NCBI GenBank assembly: GCA_965221295.1
Contig: OZ244879.1
Location: 877,678 to 941,677 of the forward strand
Reading direction: 5' to 3'
Origin: Dehalococcoidia bacterium
GTDB lineage: Bacteria > Chloroflexota > Dehalococcoidia > Lucifugimonadales > UBA3495
Length of the DNA: 64,000 nt
A program made the position numbers and the translations under genes. Below are positions 1-9,118 of this stretch, in pieces (the stretch's first letter is position 1; every line of letters starts with the position of its first letter). A model generated the notes under the pieces. It was not told the origin of the DNA. It saw only the letters and a list, made by a program, of their open reading frames with translations, and searched no databases.

Positions 1-1365
1 CGCAGCAGGGGCCATCAGTTGTTGCGCACCGCCCGGCGCAAGTCGGAAGGCAACCTGCCGGCGCTGGTCGTCCTGGGCGTTGGAACCGCGGGCGCCAAGC
101 GGGCGTTGATGTTCCTGCAGCGCATGTCGGAATTGTCGGAGATTGGGAGGGTGCAAAGCGCGATCTTCTACGACTGCAATGAGATAACGGTCAGCTACAT
201 TGGGAGTTTTCTGCGGAAGTTCCTGGGCAAGTCCAGGCCCGGCCGGGGCGTGCAGATATTGTTTCCCAACTACATCCCAGTGGCCAACGGATTCATGCGC
301 GACCCCCGCCTGTTCGAGGAATACGAGGGGCCCATGGAACGCGACATGGACAACGTTGTTGGCCAAATCATGGCCCAATCGGAACGGTCGGGGAGGTCGC
401 CGGAGACCATCATCGAATTCATGAGCTTTTCGGGCCATGCGGCCGTGGGCGGTCGGCTATACCGGAAGCTGCGGGCAGTCTTCCCAGGCGCCGTGATTCT
501 GCCGATACTCAAGCTGCCTGAAGATCACGTTTCCGAGGAATGGACCAGGCGGTACATTTGGGAACGCTTTGAGGAACTGCTGGAGGGATCAGACTGCCTG
601 TTGACCGGACAATCGGGCAGTACTTTCGGGGAAGGGGACGCCAGGTTGGCCACTGGGCTGGCTGGCGTGGAGGTTGCCGATTTTGACGAGGAAGGCGTCG
701 CCAGCAGCCCATTGGCGGCGGCCTGCCAGCGACTGGGCGCCGCATCGGGCGGTTGGCTCGGCATGGCCACGGTAAAGCGAAAGATGCCCGTGGTCAGGAA
801 ATTCGAATGGCTGCGGTTGCCTCCGTGGTGGCGTCAATATGCGGCGGTGGGGCCGGAGGAAGAACTGTCGATGGCGGTGGGCCACGCCATCTGGTCAACG
901 CTGGACCCGCCATCGCAGATAGCCGAGGGCATGAACGACCTGCGCCACGCGCCCCAGGAGGTGGTGGTGTCCCTGCCGGTGCACCCGGAATCGTTGGAGC
1001 CGGTGGCGGCGAGCGCCGCGGAGACGCTGGAGCGCAGCAACCTGTTCAACCAATTCCCCAACATGGACATCGCGTTCAACACGGCCCGGTTCCCAGAGGG
1101 GGTGTCCGAGGAGCCCTATCTTCACGTCACCCGCGTTTACCCGGTGCAGGGGGAGCTGGCTCCGGTGATGGAGATACTGCACCCTGGCCATTCCGCGGAC
1201 CAGCGTCAGGCGTTGGGCGCCCACGAGACCGGGTTCGGTACGTACTACCACCTGGACACCATCGACGATGGCATTCCCATATCCCGCATGTCCCGCGCGG
1301 AGGGACCGGCCGGCCGGCCCCGCGATCCTGAGGAAGAATGGAAACAACACGTGCGCTACATCTAG
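1..1365 (+). CDS. Divergent tubulin/FtsZ/CetZ-like GTPase-fold protein, paralogue A (probably 5'-truncated by the window edge)
   Basis: Frame is open from base 1. Motifs LVVLGVGTAG (T1-like), IFYDCN, NGFMRDP (T3-like) and IIEFMSFSGHAAVGG...ILPILKLP (degenerate T4 and following strand) occur in tubulin order. Collinear with the next ORF. Confidence 0.6.
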   Translation, partial: RSRGHQLLRTARRKSEGNLPALVVLGVGTAGAKRALMFLQRMSELSEIGRVQSAIFYDCNEITVSYIGSFLRKFLGKSRPGRGVQILFPNYIPVANGFMRDPRLFEEYEGPMERDMDNVVGQIMAQSERSGRSPETIIEFMSFSGHAAVGGRLYRKLRAVFPGAVILPILKLPEDHVSEEWTRRYIWERFEELLEGSDCLLTGQSGSTFGEGDARLATGLAGVEVADFDEEGVASSPLAAACQRLGAASGGWLGMATVKRKMPVVRKFEWLRLPPWWRQYAAVGPEEELSMAVGHAIWSTLDPPSQIAEGMNDLRHAPQEVVVSLPVHPESLEPVAASAAETLERSNLFNQFPNMDIAFNTARFPEGVSEEPYLHVTRVYPVQGELAPVMEILHPGHSADQRQALGAHETGFGTYYHLDTIDDGIPISRMSRAEGPAGRPRDPEEEWKQHVRYI

Positions 1366-1419
1366 GGATTTTTCCATAAATCCACCAAATGAGTGTGCGC
1401 AGGTGCGTAGGTAGGATGT

Positions 1420-1449
1420 TTGACACATTCCAACTTTATCTACTATGAT
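1420..1449 (+). promoter_or_regulatory. sigma70-type promoter for paralogue B
   Basis: TTGACA (1420-1425), 18-nt spacer, TATGAT (1444-1449) in an AT-rich intergenic stretch. Confidence 0.6.
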
Positions 1450-1625
1450 GACTGTGGCTAACAAGGCAACCGTCGATTACGACGAAAAGGATTTACCATA
1501 ACTGAATCTTCGCGCGACTTGCGCTTCGACCACACGTGACGCCTCTGCGCGGGCTAAAACGTGCAGGACGAACTACCAAGGCGGAGTCGCGGATTACTCA
1601 AACTGGCAAGGGGGTTGCAACAGCT

Positions 1626-3146
1626 ATGCCGCCGAAATTTCAGAATCGAACTTTTCACATCCGCAGAAACAGCCCCCATCGTCTTGGTTCGCAACAAGAC
1701 CACAATCGGGATGGCGTCCCCCCGCCCATCGTGTCGGTGGCGGTGGGAACCGCCGGTTACAAGCGCAGTTGGAAATGGGCCCAACGGATGGGCGAAGCCG
1801 GGGTGCTGGACCGGGTGCAGAGCCTTTTGATGTATGACTGCAACCAGGGCAGCATCGACGCCATCGACTCCGAAGCGCAGGCCATGCGACGGCGGGATCG
1901 GCTCGCCAACCTGCCGATTATCGTACCTGGCTACCTGCCCAAGGTGGACGGCTTCCTTCGCGATCCCAACGCCTACAAGGATTACTTTGGGCTGATCCAC
2001 CGCGACATGGAACGGATGGTGGATACCATCGCGCGCCGGTCGGAAGAGGTGGGCTCGCCTCCGCAGGTGATCCTCGAATGGCTTGGCTTCGGCGGCCACG
2101 CCAAGTTGGGCGGCGTGCTTCACCAAATGCTGCTGGAGAGGTTCCCGGACGCCCTGTTCTTCCCGATTATGCTCATGCCCCGCGAGCACGTGCTGGAAGA
2201 AAACATGCGACGGGAGACTTGGGGCGCCTACGAAGAAACCATGGGGTTGGCGCGTCCCCGGTCTGTCGGCAGCTCCGTCGGCGACCAGGGGGAATTGAGG
2301 GGCTACCCGGCCCTGATCACCGACAACCGGTTGTCTCGCGACTACCAGCGGCTGGACAATAAACTGGCAATCGGCCTGGCTTCCATGGAAGCCGGTATGC
2401 GTGACCGCATCGACAGCGGTTCGCTGTCTGAAACCGTGGCCAGCTTCGGGGGGTACTCGAATGGCTGGTTCGGGATGCGGGTGATGAGCCGGCGGCTGGA
2501 TGTGAACAACGTGCCTCAGTTGAGCCCGCGATGGCTGCCCAGGCGTATGCGTCGCTCCGAGTTGGTGGTGGTCAACGACGACGCCAAGCAGCTCTCCTGG
2601 GCCACCAAAAAGGCCATGTGGGACATACTGGACCCTAACCGCCGGGACATGAACCTGGCCAACCACGACTTCGTGCACGGCGAGTCCGTGATGCGCATGG
2701 TGATAACGCTCCCCGTGGAACCGGACGGCCTGGCGGAAATCGAAAACGACGTGCGCGACCAGCTTGACCGAGAGGACTTCGAGCTGGCGTACCCCAACCT
2801 CACGTGGTCCTTCGCTTCCGCCAACTTCCAGGAGAACCCCGGCGACCGGCACATGCACGTTTCGCTGCTGTACCCGCTTCAAACGGAGAAGATTTACAGC
2901 ATCACGGACATCATGTACGACACCTACACGCCGTCGCACATGGCCGACGGCCTGCAGCAAACCGGATTCGGCACGGGCCACTTCATGGCGTCCAACGGAT
3001 ACAACGCTGAAACCCAGTTTGGGTACGTGTCCCGGGGCGCTCAGGTCAGAAACGACCGGGAACAGCAGAACCGGGCCGCCGCTGTCGCCCAGGGTCGGCC
3101 GTATGGCAACGGCCACGAGAACGGCGTAGGCGGATTCCGTTCGTAG
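1626..3146 (+). CDS. Divergent tubulin/FtsZ/CetZ-like GTPase-fold protein, paralogue B
   Basis: IVSVAVGTAG, LMYDCN, DGFLRDP, ILEWLGFGGHAKLGG, FFPIMLMP, LITDN, IDSGSLSETV and GWFGM fall in the order of the FtsZ/CetZ T1-T7 elements. ATG 1626 follows a G-rich RBS; the ORF track starts at GTG 1536. Confidence 0.65.
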   Translation: MPPKFQNRTFHIRRNSPHRLGSQQDHNRDGVPPPIVSVAVGTAGYKRSWKWAQRMGEAGVLDRVQSLLMYDCNQGSIDAIDSEAQAMRRRDRLANLPIIVPGYLPKVDGFLRDPNAYKDYFGLIHRDMERMVDTIARRSEEVGSPPQVILEWLGFGGHAKLGGVLHQMLLERFPDALFFPIMLMPREHVLEENMRRETWGAYEETMGLARPRSVGSSVGDQGELRGYPALITDNRLSRDYQRLDNKLAIGLASMEAGMRDRIDSGSLSETVASFGGYSNGWFGMRVMSRRLDVNNVPQLSPRWLPRRMRRSELVVVNDDAKQLSWATKKAMWDILDPNRRDMNLANHDFVHGESVMRMVITLPVEPDGLAEIENDVRDQLDREDFELAYPNLTWSFASANFQENPGDRHMHVSLLYPLQTEKIYSITDIMYDTYTPSHMADGLQQTGFGTGHFMASNGYNAETQFGYVSRGAQVRNDREQQNRAAAVAQGRPYGNGHENGVGGFRS

Positions 3147-3172
3147 GCTGGCGGCGCTGCATCCGCTTTGCC

Positions 3173-3204
3173 AAAAAAGGGGCGACCGCAAGGTCGCCCC
3201 TTTT
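3173..3204. terminator. Bidirectional rho-independent terminator
   Basis: AAAAAAGGGGCGACC-GCAA-GGTCGCCCCTTTT perfect hairpin with A and T tails, between convergent genes. Confidence 0.9.
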
Positions 3205-3227
3205 CGTTACGCGACGCTGGTCGTTTG

Positions 3228-4358
3228 CTAGGTTTGTGCGGCGACCGGAGCGGCTCGCCGCGCCTTGTCCCGGAAATGGGGGATGATGTACTTTCCAAAT
3301 AGGCGCAGAGATTCCATCACCTCTTCGTGGGCAACCGGGCCTACCTGGAACAGGGGCATGATCTCGTCCACCCCCATGCGCTCGTAGTCCTCGATGTACT
3401 TGATGCAGTCGTCGGGGTTTCCGATGCAGAAGCGTCCGCCGTCCTCGATCAAGGAGCGGGAGCTGACTTCATCGGCGCGGGCGGTGTCGGCTTTGACGGC
3501 GCGTTGGTAGTGCCACTGGTAATCGGGCGGCACGCGGGCCGGATCGTAACCCTGCCAGACGTAGGAGTCGCGGATGCGCTGCTGCTCCCGGTACCAATCG
3601 ATTATGGTTTCGGCGCGCTCGAAAGCCTTTTGCCTGTTTTCCATGCACAGACCCACGGTATTGCCGGCAACCCGGGGATATACCAGCTTGGTTGCCGGTT
3701 CGGGGTCTTGGATGGCGTCCCGGTAGACTCGGATGAGGTCTTCGGCACGGTCGAGACCGACGCTGGTTTGGGCCAGACAGCCCAATCCCTGGCGTCCTAC
3801 CTTCTCGGCGGTGAACTCCTGGCTGACCGCCTGCCAGATCGGCGGATGCGGTTTCTGCACGGGTTTGGGGATGATTTCCCGGGGCGGGAATTGGTAATGC
3901 TTGCCCTGATAGGAAAACATCTCTTCAGTCCAGGCCCCCGGGATGATCTGGAGGTATTCTTCGACCATCTCCGACACATCGGGCAGGTCGGCTCCGTAGG
4001 GAATCATCTGGTAAGGGTAGCCGGATCGGCCTATGCCCAGGTCGACCCGCCCGTTGGACAGGATGTCCAGCGTGGCCATGCGTGACGCGACGTGCAGAGG
4101 GTGATGCAGGGGCGCCAGAACCACCGCGATGCCCAAACGCATATTGACGGTTCGCTGGCTGATGGCGGCCAGGGTGATGTCTGGGGCGCTGGAATGCGAC
4201 CATTCCGATCGGAAGTGGTGCTCCACGAACCAGACCGACGTCATGCCAATCTCTTCGGCGAAGCAAACCTGTTCCATCATTTCGTGAAATTTCCGGGATT
4301 CACTGCCAGCGTCCCAAGGCTTGGGCGCCTGGATTTGGTAAAAAAGGCCGAGGTCCAT
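3228..4358 (-). CDS. LLM-class flavin-dependent oxidoreductase (luciferase-like monooxygenase)
   Basis: VWFVEHHF, LDILSNGRVDLGIGR, PKPVQKPHPPIW; ATG 4358 preceded by CAGGAG. Confidence 0.9.
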   Translation of the reverse strand: MDLGLFYQIQAPKPWDAGSESRKFHEMMEQVCFAEEIGMTSVWFVEHHFRSEWSHSSAPDITLAAISQRTVNMRLGIAVVLAPLHHPLHVASRMATLDILSNGRVDLGIGRSGYPYQMIPYGADLPDVSEMVEEYLQIIPGAWTEEMFSYQGKHYQFPPREIIPKPVQKPHPPIWQAVSQEFTAEKVGRQGLGCLAQTSVGLDRAEDLIRVYRDAIQDPEPATKLVYPRVAGNTVGLCMENRQKAFERAETIIDWYREQQRIRDSYVWQGYDPARVPPDYQWHYQRAVKADTARADEVSSRSLIEDGGRFCIGNPDDCIKYIEDYERMGVDEIMPLFQVGPVAHEEVMESLRLFGKYIIPHFRDKARRAAPVAAQT

Positions 4359-4467
4359 AAATTTACGCTCCTGGAGGCGGTTGATCAACGTATGGTATCA
4401 AAAGAATCATAAACTATGTCCAAATAATTTCATAGGTTCTGGTCATAGGTTCAGGACACCGTTTCAA

Positions 4468-4497
4468 TTGACACTATCGAAAGGGCAGCCGTAGAAT
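4468..4497 (+). promoter_or_regulatory. sigma70-type promoter
   Basis: TTGACA-N18-TAGAAT upstream of the small Lrp-domain gene; TCATAGGTTC direct repeat at 4430 and 4443 just upstream. Confidence 0.55.
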
Positions 4498-4572
4498 TGG
4501 CGGGCGATTGATCGGCGCGCGATTCCCAACGCGCCCGGCCCTGAGCCGCCCGATCAACGAAAACCAAGGAGA

Positions 4573-4818
4573 ATGAAAGCCATGGCAACGAAAGCCTTTT
4601 TGCTGGTTGAAACCGCAGTGGGCCGTACGCGGGACGTAGCAACTACTCTGAGAGGGCTCGACGGCATCGAGTCAGTGGACGTGGTGACCGGGCCCTACGA
4701 CATCATTGCGATCATATCCGGGGACGACATGTCGGTGGTCGGCGGACTGGTGACCGAAAAAATCCATACGGTGGTGGGCGTGGTGCGCACCGTTACCTGC
4801 GTGGCGGTGGACGCTTGA
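4573..4818 (+). CDS. Stand-alone Lrp/AsnC ligand-binding (RAM) domain protein
   Basis: VTGPYDIIA and GVVRTVT motifs; AAGGAG RBS; ~80 aa with no HTH. Confidence 0.85.
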   Translation: MKAMATKAFLLVETAVGRTRDVATTLRGLDGIESVDVVTGPYDIIAIISGDDMSVVGGLVTEKIHTVVGVVRTVTCVAVDA

Positions 4819-4881
4819 CCAATCCGGCAACATCCAATCCGAAAATAACCAACACGGACGGGACGGGAACAGGAGGCTTCG

Positions 4882-6057
4882 GTGGAGTATCGCTTTACCC
4901 AGGATGACGACCAATTTCGGGGCGAGTTGCGCCGTTTCATTGAGTCGGAACTGCCCGACGATTGGGAGGGCGGCGGACGCTGGCCGGAAGAGTGCGACTG
5001 GGATTTTACGATGCACCTGAGGGGCCGGCTGGCCGAGCGGGGTTGGCTGACCATGCATTGGCCGGAGGAATACGGCGGCCAGGACGCTTCCCCAGTGCGG
5101 TCGGCCATCTACAACGAAGAGCTGGCCTACCTGCGGGCTCCCGGTCGGGATATTTTCGGCGTGCGTATGCTGGGCCCCACCCTGATGATTCACGGCAGCG
5201 AGGAACAGAAGCAGGCTCATCTGCCCCCCATCGCCCGGGGAGAAATTCAGTGGTGCCAGGGGTACAGCGAACCGGAATCGGGGTCGGATCTGGCGTCGCT
5301 GAGCGCCAGGGCCGTGCGGGACGGCGATGAGTACGTGATCAACGGCGCGAAGATCTGGACCACTTTGGCCCACCGGTCGGACTGGATCATGTGCCTGGCC
5401 CGGACGGACCCGGACGCTCCCCGTCACCGGGGCATCAGTTTCATCCTGGTGGACATGAAATCCCCCGGCGTGGAAGTGCGGCCGGTGATCAACATGGCGG
5501 GCGGGCACGAGTTCAACCAGGTGATATTCGACAACGTGCGAGTGCCCTCCAGCAACTTGGTGGGCGAAGAGAACCGCGGTTGGTACGTGGCGGTGACGCT
5601 GCTGGACTTCGAGCGCTCGGGCATCGACTACTCGGCCATCGCCCGGAGGTTGCTGGACGACACCCGGCATTACGCCAGCGGGATCTCGCGAAATGGAACG
5701 AAGGCGACCGGGTTGCCCTGGGTGCGCAACCTGCTGGCCGACCGCTACGTGGAATGCGAAGTGGCCCGCCTGATGGCTTACAACGTGGCCTGGATGCAGG
5801 GGGAGGGGCTGGTTCCCAACAAGGAGGCGTCCATGAGCAAAGCCTTCGGCAGCGAGACGTTGCATCGCTCTGCGAACGCGGCGCTGGAGGTGGCCGGCCT
5901 GCCGGGCGCGCTGGCCCGGGACGAATCCCGCGCTCCGTTGAAAGGGAGGCTGCCCGAAAACTGGATGATCAGCTTTTCCCACAAGATCGCCGGCGGCACG
6001 TCTGAAGTGCAGCGTGGCATCATTGCCGGACGCGGCCTGGGCCTGCCGCGAGGGTAG
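4882..6057 (+). CDS. Acyl-CoA dehydrogenase family protein
   Basis: WCQGYSEPESGSDLASL, INGAKIWTT, IAGGTSEVQRGII; GTG start after AGGAGG. Confidence 0.92.
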   Translation: MEYRFTQDDDQFRGELRRFIESELPDDWEGGGRWPEECDWDFTMHLRGRLAERGWLTMHWPEEYGGQDASPVRSAIYNEELAYLRAPGRDIFGVRMLGPTLMIHGSEEQKQAHLPPIARGEIQWCQGYSEPESGSDLASLSARAVRDGDEYVINGAKIWTTLAHRSDWIMCLARTDPDAPRHRGISFILVDMKSPGVEVRPVINMAGGHEFNQVIFDNVRVPSSNLVGEENRGWYVAVTLLDFERSGIDYSAIARRLLDDTRHYASGISRNGTKATGLPWVRNLLADRYVECEVARLMAYNVAWMQGEGLVPNKEASMSKAFGSETLHRSANAALEVAGLPGALARDESRAPLKGRLPENWMISFSHKIAGGTSEVQRGIIAGRGLGLPRG

Positions 6058-6175
6058 GGCGACTCTCGGGCGCTGGGCCGCTGGGCCATTCAGGCATAGG
6101 GAGAGACTTCGTTTGCTCAAGGGCTGGCGAGGCAGCGAACGGACTCCCGGGCTGAGGATTGGGAGCCGCGACCCG

Positions 6176-6517
6176 TTACAGGTCCAGAGATGCGAAGATG
6201 GCCGCTTCCTCCGGGGTGAGTTCCTGCATGGCCCGGCGGCAGCGGTCAAGGCAGCGAAAGATGCTGCGCGGCGTTACCGAGAACCGTTGCGCGGCTTCGT
6301 TCACCGACAAACCCTCCCCATGGATCGCCGCGGCGATGCGAAAGTCCTGCGCCAGCCGGCGATGGGTGATGAACCAAACCATGTCATCGAACTTGCAGCG
6401 GGACATTGGGCACTCCAGACACGCTTGCGCCACTTCGCATCCCGTATCAGCATAGTAGTCAAAGCCCGATTCTCTGCATCGGCGATTGCCGGTGTCGATT
6501 GTGTTTGCTCCGTACAT
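6176..6517 (-). CDS. Small protein with a 4-Cys cluster (C-x5-C-x2-C-x4-C) and a C-terminal helix-turn-helix
   Basis: DTGCEVAQACLECPMSRCKFD then GLSVNEAAQRFSVTPRSIFR. ATG 6517 chosen because a promoter lies at 6553-6582. Confidence 0.75.
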   Translation of the reverse strand: MYGANTIDTGNRRCRESGFDYYADTGCEVAQACLECPMSRCKFDDMVWFITHRRLAQDFRIAAAIHGEGLSVNEAAQRFSVTPRSIFRCLDRCRRAMQELTPEEAAIFASLDL

Positions 6518-6527
6518 GAGCGCTCCG

Positions 6528-6582
6528 AAACGTGCGTTCTGTATAGTGCCATATTGTAGAACCTGCGTTCCATAGTTGTCAA
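6528..6582 (-). promoter_or_regulatory. sigma70 promoter with two LexA (GAAC-N4-GTTC) SOS boxes
   Basis: Minus strand TTGACA (6582-6577), 18-nt spacer, TACAAT (6558-6553). GAAC-CTGC-GTTC at 6559-6570 sits in the spacer; AAAC-GTGC-GTTC at 6528-6539. Confidence 0.75.
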
Positions 6583-7189
6583 CCGTCGCCAAAGGCCCGC
6601 CAAGGCTGTTACAGAGCGCGACTGTCGCAGAAGTCGTGGGGGTTCATTCCCCTGGCGTCCTGAGGCAAGGCTGCCGGGCGCCGCCATTGTTGGAACCCCC
6701 TGAGCAGAACGGGGCGTTGAAATTTGACCAGCCCGGAACCTCGCGTGTACCCATTACCCTGGCGATGTTGTTGCGCGGAGCGGCGTACCCTGGCGCCATC
6801 ACGAGGAGCATTGCCCACATCAGCCGCTGCGACGGGCGGGAGCGACGCGGCAAATCCGCGCCGACACTCGCCGCTGCGTGAAGCAGGGTCGAACGCCCCG
6901 TGCGGGGCGGACGCCGGGATCGCCGCGCTTTTTTCGCGATGCCGGTTTGCCGAAACTGGGTGTGCGTGAGCTCCCGGAATACATAACCATTGGACGACAC
7001 GCTTCCCGCCTATGGTCTATTCTTCGGCTTCGACCAGGCTGGTACAGGTTCCGCTGGTACAGGTTCCGATGATTCTGGCCGGACCGGATGGAGCGCTGGC
7101 GCCCCGCCTGAACCTGCCAGGGCAGAGCCGTTTGCGGATGCGTCGGGAAATCTCAATGTGCTAACATCATTAGGCAAGGTGGTGGTTCT

Positions 7190-7594
7190 ATGCTGAGATT
7201 TCTCTGGCCGTTGCTGTTGATGTTCGGCCCACAATTGGCGCCGAGGGTGATCAAGTTCGTTCGCGCGGTGTGGCTCCTGCATAAGGACCATCGGGTGAAC
7301 GTGCTGCTCAAACTGCTGGTGCCCCTGGCGTTGGTTTACGCGGTCCTTCCCGTTGACCTGATCCGGGACCGAATTCCCTACGGGTTGGGACGTTACGATG
7401 ACATCATCATCCTGGGGTTGGCGCTTTTCATCTTCTGGAAACTCTGCCCGCCGGCGGTGGTGCGGGAACACATGGGGGAACCACCGCCGCCTCGTCCGGA
7501 GGACCGTGACCCGAGCAGCGTGGTGGATGGTGAAGCCCGACCCAAGGACGACCGGGAAAATCAAAGAGACCGGGAAAACCAACGAGGCAGTTGA
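7190..7594 (+). CDS. YkvA/DUF1232 family membrane protein
   Basis: LVYAVLPVDLIRDRIPYGLGRYDDIIIL signature. Confidence 0.85.
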   Translation: MLRFLWPLLLMFGPQLAPRVIKFVRAVWLLHKDHRVNVLLKLLVPLALVYAVLPVDLIRDRIPYGLGRYDDIIILGLALFIFWKLCPPAVVREHMGEPPPPRPEDRDPSSVVDGEARPKDDRENQRDRENQRGS

Positions 7595-8820
7595 TGTATG
7601 ACGGCCGAAGCGAGGGCATATCGCTTTACGTGCACGTCCCGTTCTGCCTGAGCAAATGCCCCTACTGCGATTTCAATACCTATCAGGGAATTGAATCTCA
7701 GTTTGACGATTACCGCGAGGCGGTAACGAGCGAGCTGGAGGCTTGGGGACGGGCGCTGGGGCATCCGCCCGTGAACACCATATTCCTGGGAGGCGGCACA
7801 CCGTCTTACCTGCCCACCGGGGATATTGGTCAGATATTGGATGGCATTGCCGAGGCCTACCCGGTGCGTGAAGGCGCAGAGGTAACCGCCGAGTGCAATC
7901 CCAATGACCTGACGGCGGCGAAGTGCGTGGAACTGCGGGCCGCGGGGGTAAATCGCATCAGCATGGGCGTCCAAAGCATGGACAATGGCCTGTTGGCGCT
8001 GCTCGGACGTCGGCACGATGCTACGGAGGCCATCGACGCGCTGAACGCCTGCCGCCTGGCTGGATTCGACAACGTGAATTTGGACCTGATGTATGGGTTG
8101 CCTCACCAGTCGCTGGAGCAATGGCGAGACACGGTGGAGCGGACGATTACGCAGGCTCCGGAGCACATCTCCATGTATTCCCTGACCCTGGAGGACGGCA
8201 CGCCACTGAAGCGCTGGGTCCAACAGGGAGCCTTGCCGGAGCCTGATGCCGACCTAGCCGCCGACATGTACGACCTGGCGCGTCGGATGCTCCGAGACGC
8301 TGGTTATCGCCATTACGAGATCAGCAACTGGAGTCGAGAGGGCAGGGAGTCGAAACACAACCTGGCGTATTGGCGCAACTTGCAATGGCTGGGCGTCGGG
8401 CCTGGGGCACATTCTTCGCTGCGCGCGGCGGACGCTGTGGGTGGCGTCCGGTTCTGGACGGCGCGGTCGCCGCGAGAGTACGCCAGCAAGGCGGCGGAAT
8501 GGGCAGCGATCGCGACCACTTGGCCAGAGGCGACGGCCCAGCGAATCGAGTCGGTTCCGACCGTTGACGGCTTGGAGGCCATAGACGAAGGTACCGCCGC
8601 GGCGGAAACGATGTTCTTGGGGCTGCGCCTGTTGGATGGGATGAATCTGGCGGAAGCGTCGGCCAGGATGGGCATCGACCTGGCGGCGCGCTACGCAAGG
8701 GAGATTGACGAGTTATTGGGCGATGGGTTGCTGGTGAGGGAGGTGGACGGACGCCTGCGGCTGGCAGAGAAGGCGTACCTGCTGGCAAACCAAGTGTTCA
8801 CCCGGTTTTTGGTAGAATAG
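7594..8820 (+). CDS. hemW: Radical SAM heme chaperone HemW (HemN-like)
   Basis: LYVHVPFCLSKCPYCDFN, IFLGGGTPS, HYEISNWS, HNLAYW. Confidence 0.9.
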   Translation: MYDGRSEGISLYVHVPFCLSKCPYCDFNTYQGIESQFDDYREAVTSELEAWGRALGHPPVNTIFLGGGTPSYLPTGDIGQILDGIAEAYPVREGAEVTAECNPNDLTAAKCVELRAAGVNRISMGVQSMDNGLLALLGRRHDATEAIDALNACRLAGFDNVNLDLMYGLPHQSLEQWRDTVERTITQAPEHISMYSLTLEDGTPLKRWVQQGALPEPDADLAADMYDLARRMLRDAGYRHYEISNWSREGRESKHNLAYWRNLQWLGVGPGAHSSLRAADAVGGVRFWTARSPREYASKAAEWAAIATTWPEATAQRIESVPTVDGLEAIDEGTAAAETMFLGLRLLDGMNLAEASARMGIDLAARYAREIDELLGDGLLVREVDGRLRLAEKAYLLANQVFTRFLVE

Positions 8821-8827
8821 CGGCCTG

Positions 8828-9118
8828 ATGTGGGAGTCTATATCAAGACTTATAGGGTTAATCCCCTGGCTCATTGGCCAACTGCCAGAGCGCGCGAGGC
8901 CTGCGGGCGTGGCGGCTGTTCTAAGTATGATGGTATTTTTAGCGTTTGCGGTTGTCAGATTGGCTTTGGGTCTTCCGGACGACGTACCGAGAGCAGTGAC
9001 TTGTGCAATGGGCGTTGCCTTGATTGCGCTTACCGTCGTCGCGTTAATTTGTGTCTTGGTCTTCTCCGTCATCGCTGTTTGGTCCGGGCTATCTTCAAAG
9101 CCCTCGCAACGTCCTTGA
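8828..9118 (+). CDS. Hypothetical small membrane protein
   Basis: Two hydrophobic stretches; starts 8 bp after hemW; 3' end overlaps the convergent ORF; no clear RBS. Confidence 0.35.
   Translation: MWESISRLIGLIPWLIGQLPERARPAGVAAVLSMMVFLAFAVVRLALGLPDDVPRAVTCAMGVALIALTVVALICVLVFSVIAVWSGLSSKPSQRP

Noticed and set aside
1..3146. Canonical cell-division ftsZ
   Set aside because: Lacks the GGGTG(T/S)G and NxDxxD consensus and any ftsA/dcw context; reported as a divergent superfamily member instead.
1554..3191. 545-aa minus-strand ORF, and similar long antisense ORFs (4672-6249, 10715-11731, 12015-13085, 37315-38883, 42308-44365, 44738-45838)
   Set aside because: Shadow ORFs opposite well-supported genes, expected in high-GC DNA; no recognisable motifs.
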